Positions 26,001-37,265 of a stretch of 64,000 nt of DNA are shown piece by piece. Positions within the stretch are counted from its first letter, which is position 1. Every line of letters starts with the position of its first letter. Origin of the DNA: Vitrella brassicaformis CCMP3155. Its lineage: Eukaryota; Protista; Chromerida. The position numbers and the translations under genes are program-made. The DNA is taken from positions 1 through 64,000 of the forward strand of contig CDMY01000300.1 of NCBI GenBank assembly GCA_001179505.1, given 5' to 3'. The notes beneath the pieces are model-generated. The model saw only the letters and a list, made by a program, of their open reading frames with translations. It did not search any database and was not told the origin of the DNA.

Positions 26001-27148
26001 TCATAGATTTCGTGAATCAGCAGTGGGTAGAGCGTGAGCTGACGGTGGCCTTCCCCCCCAAGACACAGACACCCTCCCAGTCGGCACAGCGGTTCCCATC
26101 GGCCCCCGCACTCCCACACGCCAACAGCCACCCATCACAATCGCCCTCCTCCCTGCTGCCGCCGCCGCCATCCCTCACGGTCAACGCGCCATCCGTCATG
26201 GACCTGGCATGTCAGAATCGGCTCAATGACAAGACCGCAGAGAGGCTTATGCAGAGGGCTCTCGCTAACCCTTACCGACAGGCGGACAGCAGGCAGCTGC
26301 AGCAGCAGCAGCAGGAGAGGGGCGTGATGATGCCGAGAAGCGACGGCAGGCAGCCCGTAGGTATGCCGTTAACATTGCATCCACGACGAACAAAGATCCA
26401 GACGAAGAGAGAGAGGTGTTTGTTCTGAATGCTTTGGCCAATTAGCCGGTGCTGCGAGTGGAGAGGGTGCAGCTGTTGGCGGTGGCGCTGGTGGTGTGTC
26501 GAGTAGTGTTGGTGCAGACGGGTTCGCCTACACGTTTCGGGCCAGTGGTGTGGGCAGCACCCCCACACCCACATCTGCATATGCCGCTGGACCGGCCACC
26601 AGCAGCCAGCAGCCGTACTACCACACATCATCCAGCGGCTTCAGAGGTCTGCCAACTGCTGCGTGTGGTATACATACATCCACATGAATGGAATGGACAC
26701 ACTTCCTCTTGTTTGCGCAGCTGTATCTCCGTTTGGTGCCGGTGGTGGCTTCTCGTCCGCCTCATACGGCAGGGCTGCCCCCACCATGCAAACACAGCCG
26801 CCCGCAGACACACTGCACCAACACGGTGAGTACAAACTTAACAACCAACGCTGGGTTCTGCGCCACGTTGGTGTGGTGCATCAATCAGGTCTGCCGGACC
26901 CCGGTGCGGGTCGTCTGCACCGGCCGGACATCGAGTGTACGCCCCACTTCTCCCGTCGCAGGAACGGGGGCCTCGATGGCGGCACAGACGGCGAGAGCGA
27001 GAACCCCAGCCCGGCTCGGCAGATGCAGCAGCCGCCCCAGCCCTGCCAGCCAACGGTGGTGCCGCCTCGACAGAGGCCGCCCGATGAGGTGGCGTCTCGG
27101 CTGCAAGGGCCGGTGGTCTACCAGCCACCAGACAGGGGCAGCATGTAG
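23011..27148 (+). CDS. SAS6: Centriole cartwheel protein SAS-6 (multi-exon)
   Basis: Head domain: [51 protein letters not shown], and ATLNLVETNQFRELTHLFL...GNDDAVKKYLA. A long coiled coil and a low-complexity tail follow. The exact start and 3' exons are less certain. Confidence 0.93.
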
Positions 27149-27304
27149 CTAGTGGAGGGTGAGAGGGAGGGAAATGCACAGCGGAAGCAGCCAAATAGGC
27201 CTGTGGATGGACGAGTGAATGACGGGCCCGTGTCTGGGAGTGTGTTGGATTCAATTGACGTGTTGATGGGGTGGGTGTGCTGCAGTGCACATGTGCGGCA
27301 TGAT

Positions 27305-27483
27305 GTGATGTTCGGGGCGGTGTGTGTGTGTGATATTACGGCTCGGCTGTCATGGGTAGTGTACACATTCACTTTGAAAACCATCCACCGGTCTGATGTT
27401 CGGGGCGGTGTGTGTGTGTGATATTACGGCTCGGCTGTCATGGGTAGTGTACACATTCACTTTGAAAACCATCCACCGGTCTG
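27305..27483 (+). repeat. ~89-bp tandem duplication
   Basis: tgatgttcggggcggtgtgtgtgtgtgatattacggctcggctgtcatgggtagtgtacacattcactttgaaaaccatccaccggtc occurs twice in a row; it is single in copy B. Confidence 0.9.
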
Positions 27484-27850
27484 CCAGTCAGTCAGTCAGT
27501 CAGCCCCACCCCACCGCTCCCTCACACGCACACGGAGAGAGAGAAAGAGAGAGAGAGAGTCTTCGAAGGGGGCCGAGAAAAAGGACGACCGCCCCTCTTG
27601 TCCTCTCCAGGCTGTACAATCCCCCACCCCGCCCACTTACACGCACACACACAGACAGAGAGAGAGAGAGAGAGCAAGACGAAAAAGAGCCCATCCACCC
27701 GTGTGTCTATCTGGCTGTCTGTGTGTCTGAGTCGTGTGATGGGTGCCACAGGACTTAGCCCCCCCTCCCTCCCTCCCTCCCTCCCCCTTATCAATTGAAA
27801 AAGAGCCCATCCACCCGTGTGTCTATCTGGCTGTCTGTGTGTCTGAGTCG

Positions 27851-28150
27851 NNNNNNNNNNNNNNNNNNNNNNNNNNNNNNNNNNNNNNNNNNNNNNNNNN
27901 NNNNNNNNNNNNNNNNNNNNNNNNNNNNNNNNNNNNNNNNNNNNNNNNNNNNNNNNNNNNNNNNNNNNNNNNNNNNNNNNNNNNNNNNNNNNNNNNNNNN
28001 NNNNNNNNNNNNNNNNNNNNNNNNNNNNNNNNNNNNNNNNNNNNNNNNNNNNNNNNNNNNNNNNNNNNNNNNNNNNNNNNNNNNNNNNNNNNNNNNNNNN
28101 NNNNNNNNNNNNNNNNNNNNNNNNNNNNNNNNNNNNNNNNNNNNNNNNNN
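27851..28150. other. Assembly gap (300 N)
   Basis: Run of exactly 300 N. Confidence 0.99.
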
Positions 28151-28683
28151 CCATCCCTCCCTCCTTATCATATCACTCGGCCTGTCTGTCCACCACACTC
28201 ACTCGACGACTGGCTCGACAGGCACCGTAACGAGACACAGAGACAGAGAGAGATAGACGGGACAGAGAGAGCAAGCCCTTCCCTCCACCGCTCCCTCCAC
28301 CCCCCCTCCCTCCCCCCTTACACGCACACAGACAGGGAGAAAAATAGACGGGACAGAGAGAGCAAGCCCTTTGTCGGCAGGACCAACCACACGCACACAG
28401 ACAGAGAGACAGAGATCGAGAGACGATCTGTCCACCACCACCACCCCCGCCCCCAGTTCCTCCCCATCCTTATCACTGTGTCCACCGCCGTGCTACTCCA
28501 TCCCTCCCTCCCTCCTTGTCATATCTCTCTGTCTGTCTGTCTGTCTGTCCACCGCTGACCCCCACCACACTCCTTCGACTGGCTAGGATATATCAGTCTC
28601 TCTGCAACCGTCTGCTCGGCAACCAACCAACTCTACTGTTCTACGGCCCATCCACACCACCGACCCACTGACGGACGGACACA

Positions 28684-29662
28684 TCAGGCACTTGTGGACT
28701 GGCGGCTGCGCTGGATCTTGTTGATGTAGCTGATTGCGAGTGCCTCCCTCTCGGCAGCCAGGGCAGCGTAGTAGTAGTGCTCTGATGACTTCTCGGGGCG
28801 GCCTGCGGTCTTCTCGCCTTCCCAGAGAGCGTACGCCCCCAACAGCACCCTGCACAGACAGACAGGGGAGACACACACAGAGACACAGACACACATGGAT
28901 GTGGGGGTGCCTCGTGTGTGTGTAGGCCAAAGAAAGACTGACTGCAGCCCACTTACATCGAGTCGAAGCGCTCGCGGCTGAGGCCCGCCTCGATGATGAG
29001 GCGGTCCTCCTCCGCAGGGACGCTCCGCTCGTAGTGCTGCTGGGGCGACTCGTGACGGCCCTCCGACGACAGGGAACGGTCAAACGCCCTCTGCTTGACA
29101 CTGCATGACAAGGCAGACAGACAGACAGAGAGGTGAGACACACACACATGCATAGAAGATGTGTTTGATGGTGTGTCAGTCAGTGAGGTGTGCGTGTTGG
29201 CTTACTACGCAGTGAAGGCGTCCTTGGGGGTCGGGCACACCAGCTGCCTCGCCTGCACGGTGTTCGCTGTGGCGGACGGGCGGTTGTTGGGGGGGTGGGT
29301 GTTGTGGGTGGGGGGGTTGTTGGCCTCCTCTGCCGGGGGTGTCGGGTGGGGGTTGGGCTGGTTGGGCTGGTTGGGGTGGTTGTCGGGTGTGTTGGCGGGT
29401 GGCTGTGTGGCTGGCGTGGCTCCCGTGGTGTTGGTGTTGGTGCCGCTCGACGTGCTATCAAAGTTGTCTGCATTCATCAATCAGGGAGGGCACACACACC
29501 ATATCAACAGACACAACACCATGGCATATAACCCGTCACTGAGGGACCAACTCAGACAGCAAGTAGTGTGTGGCTGGCTGACTTACCGAAGTCCGGATGC
29601 ATCGGCATGAGCGCTCCGACCGTGCCCGGCAGGTCCAGTATCGGGGCTGTCGACTGCATCAT
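28684..29662 (-). CDS. Hypothetical 4-exon protein (P/N/T-rich linker, helical C-terminus) inside the duplicated unit
   Basis: In-phase exons: MMQSTAP...HPDF|DNFDSTSSG...KDAFTA|VKQRAFDR...ERFDSM|VLLGAYALWEGEK...QSTSA*. Confidence 0.55.
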
Positions 29663-30611
29663 CGGGCCGACCAGCTGACGATTTATCAATCTCGCGTGTC
29701 AGCGGCGGCCTCTCCTCCCTGGTCGTCTCCTTTGCTGGCGAACGCCCTCGTGTGTCGCGGGCTCGTCAGTCACTCGCTGCGCTGGTTGCAGTGCAGTGCA
29801 CTCACTGCCGACTTATCTCTGTTTTGGCGGCGGCAGGGTGCAGGCTGTTGCGAAACGAGGCTGACAGACGTGTGGGTATTGCTTGCACGGCTGTGGGCTG
29901 GACGGCGAGGGACAGAGAGCGTTTCTGTGTGGCTGTGGCGAAAGCGGGGGAAAACCGAAAGCGCACAGCTTCTCTTTTTCTTTTTGCCGTCTCCTGTCTC
30001 AACTTCTCGTCGAAATGGAAATTTACTTCCCTGTAAATGTTGCTGTCGTCTCGCACAAACGGTGTGCGCCTGCAGATGCAAGCCGCTTCTTTCTGACATG
30101 TGTGTTGTCGGTAGACGCCACGCGACATCTAACTGACAAAGGGAGAGAGACACTCCCGGCTTTGCTGTGCGCGAAGGCCGCCAGGGAGAAGGCCATCGTG
30201 GTGGTGGGGTGGGAGAAACAGCTCATTCAAACAGCAATTTCGCTTTTTTACACACACGCACACACAATCGGTGTGCGCAGAGAATTTGAATGAGCTGAAA
30301 GATAGAGGTTCTCCGTTCTCATGGAGAGAGACGCAGGGCAGTCAGAGAACGCGGACGCGGATGGACGAGAGACGCAGGGCAGGGCAGTCTATCCGCTGCA
30401 GTGGATGCATGGCCGCATCGGGTGCCAACGGGCTTAATTGTTGTTGTGGGTGTGGTCGGTGAGTGACACTGAGGGTACACGGAAAGCTTTGCCTCTCGCG
30501 TATATGGACACATTCGATCGGCCGGAAAGCTGCGGATCGAGATGGATGCCGCTGTCTGTGAGTTGCACTGCCGTGCGTCAGTTCATTTCATTCCGGCATC
30601 GGGCCATTTTG

Positions 30612-30646
<35 letters not shown>

Positions 30647-30741
30647 GACATACATATTACATATGCACAGCACACGGTCGGTCAGTCAGTCGCCTATACA
30701 CAATGAACCGATCCACTCGTCCACCTCAATGAGATCTGCCG

Positions 30742-30990
30742 CTAATCGGCGGACCCCTCGCCCCTCCGCCGCTTCGGTGCCCTCTTGGCTGCCGCACCGG
30801 GGACCGCCTCGCTGCTGTCGGCCTTGCGGGCCTTCTTGCGTGGTCGGTGGGGTGCACCCGCTGCACCAGCTGCCGGCGGTGGTCGTTTCTTGTCTTCGTG
30901 CTGCTCCTGTCGCTGTCTGAGGAACTGCATCGTGTACATGAGCAGCTGCTCCTTGTGCTGAGTGACGGCCCGCTGGGCGGCGTCGAGGAG
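30742..30990 (-). pseudogene. 5'-truncated duplicate of the terminal exon of the RecQ4-like gene
   Basis: [28 protein letters not shown]...GEGSAD* is nearly identical to 949-1197. Homology stops abruptly inside the exon. Confidence 0.8.
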
Positions 30991-31242
30991 AAACAGCTCA
31001 GTACTGACACAAACAACGGTGAATGGGATGCCTGGCAGGCCCGACACGGACATACATACATTCATCCACTTAATGCATTGGAGTCACACACACACACACA
31101 CACACACGCAATTGCACGCTTACACCAATCTACAAGAAAGAGGGTGCCTGCCAACTGTACACACAACACCGCCCCGCCACTGAGCGAGCGTCCATGCATA
31201 CATATGTCCATGCCTAGCCATCTACGCCTATATTCTTGGGCT

Positions 31243-32500
31243 CTACGCCTTCTTGGGCTTGGTCCTTCTCTCAGCCCTCGGGGGGCTGGCTGCCCCCTCC
31301 TTGTCTCCTTCTGGCTTGATGGCCAGGGGCGGCACACACGACAGACAGTGGGACATGACAAACCACCCAAAGAGGACCAGCGCCACCACCACCGTCTTGG
31401 CCTGCTCCGACTGCCCAAACAGCCGTTGCTTGAGCTGAAACTGCAGCGTCTGCACTATGGTGGCAGCCGTCAGCAGCAGGACACCACCCAGGCCCGTCAG
31501 CTGGCTGCTGAGGGACGAGTTGAGCGACCCCAGCCGCATGATAGCCGCCATTGTGGCCAGCTCGTGTGTCAAGAGCTGCACAGCCATTCCCCAGGCCATG
31601 TTGGTCCTTCGAGCCTCCAGTACTTGGTAGGCGAGGAGGCAGCAGGGAACGAGGGGCAGCAGGAAGCCACAGAGGTACTGAACGAGCGAGGCGCCTCTCT
31701 TGCGGTCGGCCCAGAAGGCGTAGGCCACTGGAGCAACAGAGAGGCTGTGCAGCACCGATGCGATGACCAGCCAGAACTTGACACTGTCGTGCTTGCTCGT
31801 ATGCTTCTCGCCACTCCTCTCCATAGCGCAGCTGGCGCCTGTGGCGAGCAGCAGTCCCACGATGAGCGAGGTGGTGAACACGATGGGCAGGTTGACTAAG
31901 ATGCCTCTTTGCCCGGCGGCCTGGTGCAGCAGCCACTGGCGCCGCTGGCTGTTGAACACCAACACCGCCATGACGCACAGCAGCAGCGTCGGTGCGCACC
32001 GGAGGATGTAAGGGGCCCACCAGTAGGCCGGATCTTTTAGTACCTCGAAGCCACGGTGGTTCTTGTTCACCCGCTGGTAGATGTACACGGCCTGGCACCA
32101 CACACACACGCACGCACACACACGCAGAGAGAGAGAGGTGTGTCATCTGCACTCAGCACTGGCTGCCTGCACTGAGAAGGCCGCTTACAATGGCCATGAG
32201 AGCGTATATGCCGGCTCTCCTTTCATTTTGTCCCGAGAGGACCTCTTCTGCGTGCAGGCGACTGGCCACCGACCCTGCTGAGGGCTGCGATGCACCCTGG
32301 GTCGGCTGAGATGCACCTGTTGCCTCACCCCTCGGCTTCTCGGATGTCATGTCCCAAAGCCCTTTTTTCACAGGCTGTTCAGTGTCCCGCTGTGAACACA
32401 GCTGTTGCTGCGGAAGGACGAGCGCTGCAAGGGAGATGCGCTTTCTGGGCTCCTGGAGAAGCGAGCTTCTTAGCGAAGGGCATCGCATGGCTGATTGCAT
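31243..32500 (-). CDS. Hypothetical multi-pass membrane protein
   Basis: ORF 31243-32121 has several hydrophobic stretches (APTLLLCVMAVLVF, FTTSLIVGLLLATG, FWLVIASVLHSL, LGGVLLLTAATIV, VVVALVLFGWFVM). A probable upstream exon lies at 32153-32500. Confidence 0.65.
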
Positions 32501-32648
32501 TCATTGCAAACAGCCCTGCAACAAAGCCATAACAATCGCGTTCACACGACAGATGTCAATCCACCAGCCATATGTATCATCCCGCAGGAGTCCCACTCTG
32601 GCATCACATTACATGCCGTCGCATCACTCTGTCAGTCATCTTCTTCTC

Positions 32649-34135
32649 CTATCCCGTCCCGTCATCGTCCCGCCTTCTCCTCACGCCATTGTCTTCCTCA
32701 CCGCCCTTACTCGACATCTCCTCACACGGCGGTGCGCTGCACGATGACGCCATGGACGGCACAACCATGCCACTGTCCCCAACCCCAACCCCGCCCCTAC
32801 CCCTGCCGTGCTCTTCGGTGACGGACCTGACAACCTCTGGCCCTCGCTGCCTGTCTTGTGTCCTGTGCGGACCACAGGCCTGCCCCTCACTCACACCCCT
32901 CTCCACTGGCTGCACGGCATTGTTGTTGGCAGTCGCGTTGGCGGGCCCCACCATCGATGTGGAGCTTGTTGTCGAGGGCAGCGCGCCGATGGTCGACACT
33001 GTGGTCCTCGTCCCAGACGTGCTGCGATCGACAGTCACGCCCCGGATGCCCACGTCTTGGGGCGGATGCCGTCCCACCACTGGCGTCATCCCGGGGTGGG
33101 GCGGGACGGTCCCCCTGCCTCTCCCCAGCTGAGGCTGTGGGAGGGTGGATGGGCTGGAATATGACGAGGGCGGGGGCGGGAAGGGGGGGCCAGGGGACAT
33201 GCAGGGGGGCTGTTGGACTGCAGCAGCAGCAGCAGCAGCAGGGATGCTGTCCTCCCATGTCGATAGGGTGCGTCTGTTGCCGCCGATGACTTTGGGTGAG
33301 TCGAGAGACTCGGTGCGGACAGTCCAGCTGCGGTAAGTGAATGGCTGCTGGTGTGCCATGAGGTCTCGTGCGATGTCGTGGGAGTGGAGGGACGAGGGGG
33401 GCAAGGACGAAGAGGGGCAGGGAGAGGGGGAGGGGCAGACAGCGGCGCTCGCCTGAGGGCACGGCTGCTCGCACGCTAGCTCCTCAGGGAACTGACCTGA
33501 ATGAATCAATGAATGAGTCCCCCCGGACCCCACACACATACACATACATACCCATGTATGTATGTGCATCCGGTGCGGGTGGGTGAGTGCAGCTAGCTCG
33601 TCAGCTGAGTACTCACTCACTCACCAGTTGGTGGTGTGTCGTTATCGTCGAGTGGGACGTATAGTGTGAGGCAGTAGGCGTAGTACAAGACCATCACGGC
33701 CACGACACACACACACAAGTAGGTGGGAAGGGCTATCGCCCAATACCTGCAGACAGGACAGAACACCCACACACCACCACAGACAGACAGACAGACAGAC
33801 AGACAGACGAACAGACAGGTACCTACATGTGGGTGGGTGACATGCCTGCTATCCATTGCTGCATTCATTCATTCGTCTGTCTGCCTGGCTCTCTCCTCCC
33901 TCACTTGCTTGGGTAGACTGTGATGCCCAGCTGCTCCAGCACACTCTCTGGAATGAAGGCCCAGCACAGATACACACCTGCGCGTATGCATAACCCACAC
34001 ACCACACCACACACGCACTGATGATTGGATTGGCCGCTGTCTGTCTTTGGCTGGTGAGTGTGTGGTTGGACCGTAAGCGATGTATGACAGTATCCAGAAG
34101 ACAAAGCCATACACTTCAGTGGTGATGTCGGCCAT
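32649..34135 (-). CDS. PIGP: GPI-GlcNAc transferase subunit P, possibly with a long low-complexity C-terminal exon
   Basis: EVYGFVFWILSYIAY|GVYLCWAFIPESVLEQLGITVYPSK|YWAIALPTYL matches the PIG-P signature. The 3' end is either 33617 (stop in intron read-through) or 32649 (spliced). Confidence 0.85.
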
Positions 34136-34386
34136 CAATCACATGCTGGGCACTCCACTCGATGCTGTGCACGCCATCTCCTCCGCAGCCAGACCCTCTT
34201 TCTCCTCGGTCATCGGCTGGTGGTCAACAACTCATCTGTTGGTTGAAGCGGAACACGATTGAGCAGCACCAGGGCGGGCCAAGGGGATGGCGGGATCGCG
34301 GTGGAACAAGACTTAGGACTTGACTGCAATCCTAGCTCGCAGTGAGGGAGGCTGAAAAACGCGCTCATTTTGGGACGGCTGGCGCC

Positions 34387-34423
34387 GGAACTTGGAACTT
34401 GGATCTTGGAACTCGGAACTTGG
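34387..34423 (+). repeat. Five tandem GGAACTT-like heptamers in the divergent promoter
   Basis: GGAACTT GGAACTT GGATCTT GGAACTC GGAACTT GG. Confidence 0.9.
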
Positions 34424-34466
34424 TGGTCCCTGCGCCCGCGCCAAGCAACTATTTTGGACTCTGGGT

Positions 34467-36688
34467 ATGTCGAGCAGCGGTGCCGGTGAGGGCAATGGGC
34501 GCAGCCGTTCAGAGGAGGTGGCATGGGTTCACAAGGAGCAGCTCTACGACGAGCTCATCGCCCGTCAGAAGAATGAGAACATCTCGCTTCGCAAGTTCGC
34601 TCAGGAGAAGGGGCTCGACGGGAACAGGTTCAAATCATGGTACGCAAGTGAAAGATCTGGGTGTCCTGTGATGTGATTGTACTGTACGTGTGCAGGTTCC
34701 ATTCCGTCAGGAAGCGTAGAGAGTCTGGTGGCCCGGCCCCCGACGCGGGCAGAGTGAGAAATCGGAGGCCCCGCTACCAGCAGGTGGAGAGAGAGGTCGT
34801 CCAGTGGATGGATGAACATGATGATCCGGCAAAGATCCGGCCCGCGGGCATCAAACAGAAAGGGCTCGAGGTCGCTGCTCGGCTGGGAGAGGCTGATTTC
34901 AAGGTGCGGTGCGGTGCGTACAATACATGTCATGAGCTGCGCGCAAGTTGTTCTGGTTTGGTGCAGGCGAGTGATACCTGGGTGAGGGCCATGAAGAGGC
35001 GCTATCAGCGGCAGCATTCAAGCGGACAGGTGCGTCCGTCCGGCCGGTGGAGGCAACCAACTGATCGTTGTGTGTCAGTCGACACACATTCTCGTCCGCT
35101 TATGTGCTGTGGTGTGTGCAGGGTGCGTCTTCGTCTGACATGGTGAACCTCCTGGGGCTGTCAGACCTAACGGCGTCCCTGCACGCCCTCAGCAGCAGTG
35201 GGCCACCATCCGAGTCACTCGTCCAACAGGTCATTGAGCACCACATCTCCCCCATCATCAAGGCCATTCACGACAACATCAACGCCATCAACGACAAGGA
35301 GACCGACATCATGACCCAGAGCGGAGACGTTATGACCGACCTGCTCGACAAGATGGAGCCCAAGATTGCGGTGCTCGATGACAAATTCCAGGCCACAAAA
35401 GACGCCTATGACAGGCTGTGCGGCATCGTGATGGGCATGGTGGAGGGCGGCGGGCTTGGGGATGCGTTGGACGAGTTCGCTCAGTGTTTCTGTTCGAATG
35501 CATCTCCCCACATCCCCACCGAGGTGCAGCGGTCCATCTGGGAGGCGGTCGCTGCGGGCGTCACAGAACTCTTCTGCAGGTGGGGGGTGGGTGTGAGCCG
35601 CTCAAAGCACTCCATGCAATGCATGCATGTCAGCGAGGGATGCTATGCTGTGTGTTTTCTCTGTTTGGTGTCATTCATCAGTGCTGCTGTGCCATCGGGC
35701 AATCCTGCCGTGGATGCGTCTGGCCGCCAGTCGGAGCCGTCACAGCCCTCGTCGGCCCGCAACACCACAAGCGTAAGCAACCACCGGCAACGAACAGGCC
35801 TGCGCTGGCCGCGCCTGTCACACATGTCCTGCTCTTTGTGCTTTTCAGATGGCGCCATCAGTGGCTGAGCGCACTGAGCGAAGGAGCGATGCCTTCAAGA
35901 TCCAGAGGACCGACAACAGGAGCCACCGAGCCTCCGCACCATCAGACGTACCCCAACCACTCCACGACTTCACTCCTACACTGCTGGTCACACATTGCAC
36001 TTTTGTCTCCTTCCTTGCCCGTCGGTGGTTACGCAGTTGCTGTCTCGTTCGTCGGTCAAGGCCTCCAGCGTCGCGTCGAGCCACCACACTGTCGATGCAA
36101 TGGTAAGAGGGGGGCAAAACGAATGTGCGAAACAACTCTCGCAGCGTGCTGCTGGGCTTGACGCTTTTGCGTTCACCCTTCAGGCTGAGAGCGTCGATTC
36201 CGATCGGGACACGTATTGCGAGAGCGATATGCTCGCCGACGGCGAGTCTGCCTCCGGCCTGCAGCTCATCGAGCCGCCCGGCAAGACCACCGACAAGACA
36301 TTCAGCATCGAGGCATCCATCACCGACGGCAAACTCACCAACGAGACAGCTGTGAGTGTGATGCAGCGTCGGGCCATCGAGATTGTCAAGGCCTTCCTGC
36401 AGCGGCACTACAAGCTGAGCAGTCCTCCTCTTGCGGACTTGAAATGCGTTCGGGATGGCCAGCGGATCAGCGGCAAGCTCAGGGTGAGCCTCACCGGCGC
36501 AGAGATGGGCGGGAGGGATGTGAGCAGCATGAGGAACCATCTGAGCGACGAGCTGCGGCAGCACCACATTGACATCAAGCGCATGCAGGTACGTACCATG
36601 AGGGCCGGGTGTGTAGGGGGAGGGGATGAGTGGCAATCGATCGATGGTGTGGTGTGTGGTGTGTATACCTCAGGAGGCGGCGGGGTGA
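34467..36688 (+). CDS. Intron-containing protein with a CENP-B / Tc5-pogo type HTH DNA-binding domain and no recognisable DDE domain
   Basis: ISLRKFAQEKGLDGNRFKSW (first HTH-like), then RNRRPRYQQVEREVVQWMDEH...IRPAGIKQKGLEVAARLGEADFK|ASDTWVRAMKRR (Tc5-HTH pattern). A helical or unknown C-terminal region follows. Confidence 0.7.
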
Positions 36689-37265
36689 TAAACGAGCGCA
36701 GCGCCCAGGCTTTTCTGCGGCTATGCGTTGGCGTGTGTGTACGTGTGTCTGATTGACGCTTTATCCATCTGTGTAGAATGTGTGGGTGCTGTGGTGTGGT
36801 GTGGTGTGGTGTGGTGTGCGCGAGGGAGGGAGGCAGGTGGTGCATGCATTTGTGTACACTATCGATAGATCGGATGGATTGGATGGATGTCCTGCTTGGC
36901 TTACATGTAGCCCGCCTGCCTGCCTACCTTGCTGCTTGTTGTCGAACGTTGTGTTGCCGGCACTGTCCTGGTTGGTGTACACTACTCCGCCCGACAGGGG
37001 GCCAGTTGCGTCTGTCTGTCTCTCTGCGGTATGGAGACCGCAAGGGTCAGGTGTGAGTGAGTGAGTGGGTGCATTCGTAAGGTTTTTCTCGGGAAAGGAC
37101 AATCTGACATGTATGTGAACATTATGTCCCTTTGGGACTCTAACAAACAATCGAGGCACACAAGTGTGAGAGACAAGGTTTCACGGATTGTTTCGACCTT
37201 CCCACTAAGGAGCGCCAGTGGGAGTCATCCAGCACGGAGCGACTGCAGCCAGTGTTTGAGTGAGT

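Larger units (their letters stand above)
27258..30990 (+). repeat. Copy C of the segmental duplication: microsatellite-rich tail, hypothetical gene, intergenic DNA and a truncated copy of the RecQ last exon
   Basis: Direct match to 1-1197 and inverted match to 10859-12771. Confidence 0.9.

Noticed and set aside
12872-27148. Possible flagellar gene cluster (ENO4-like, SAS-6, C2HC zinc-finger gene further on)
   Set aside because: The genes are interspersed with unrelated housekeeping genes. Cilia genes are numerous enough for chance proximity, and the ENO4 call is itself inferred.
27682-27850. 54-bp sequence repeated at 27682-27735 and 27797-27850
   Set aside because: The second copy abuts a gap and is absent from the inverted copy B, so it is most likely a contig-end overlap artefact.
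27258-30990. Autonomous transposon or CRISPR-like array interpretation of the repeats
   Set aside because: No transposase, RT or integrase motifs, TIRs, LTRs or regularly spaced repeat-spacer units were found.
18190-34135. Possible isoprenoid/ER pathway cluster (IDI1, prenylated Rab18, SDF2, PIG-P)
   Set aside because: The functional links are loose and there is no evidence of co-regulation beyond the one shared promoter.
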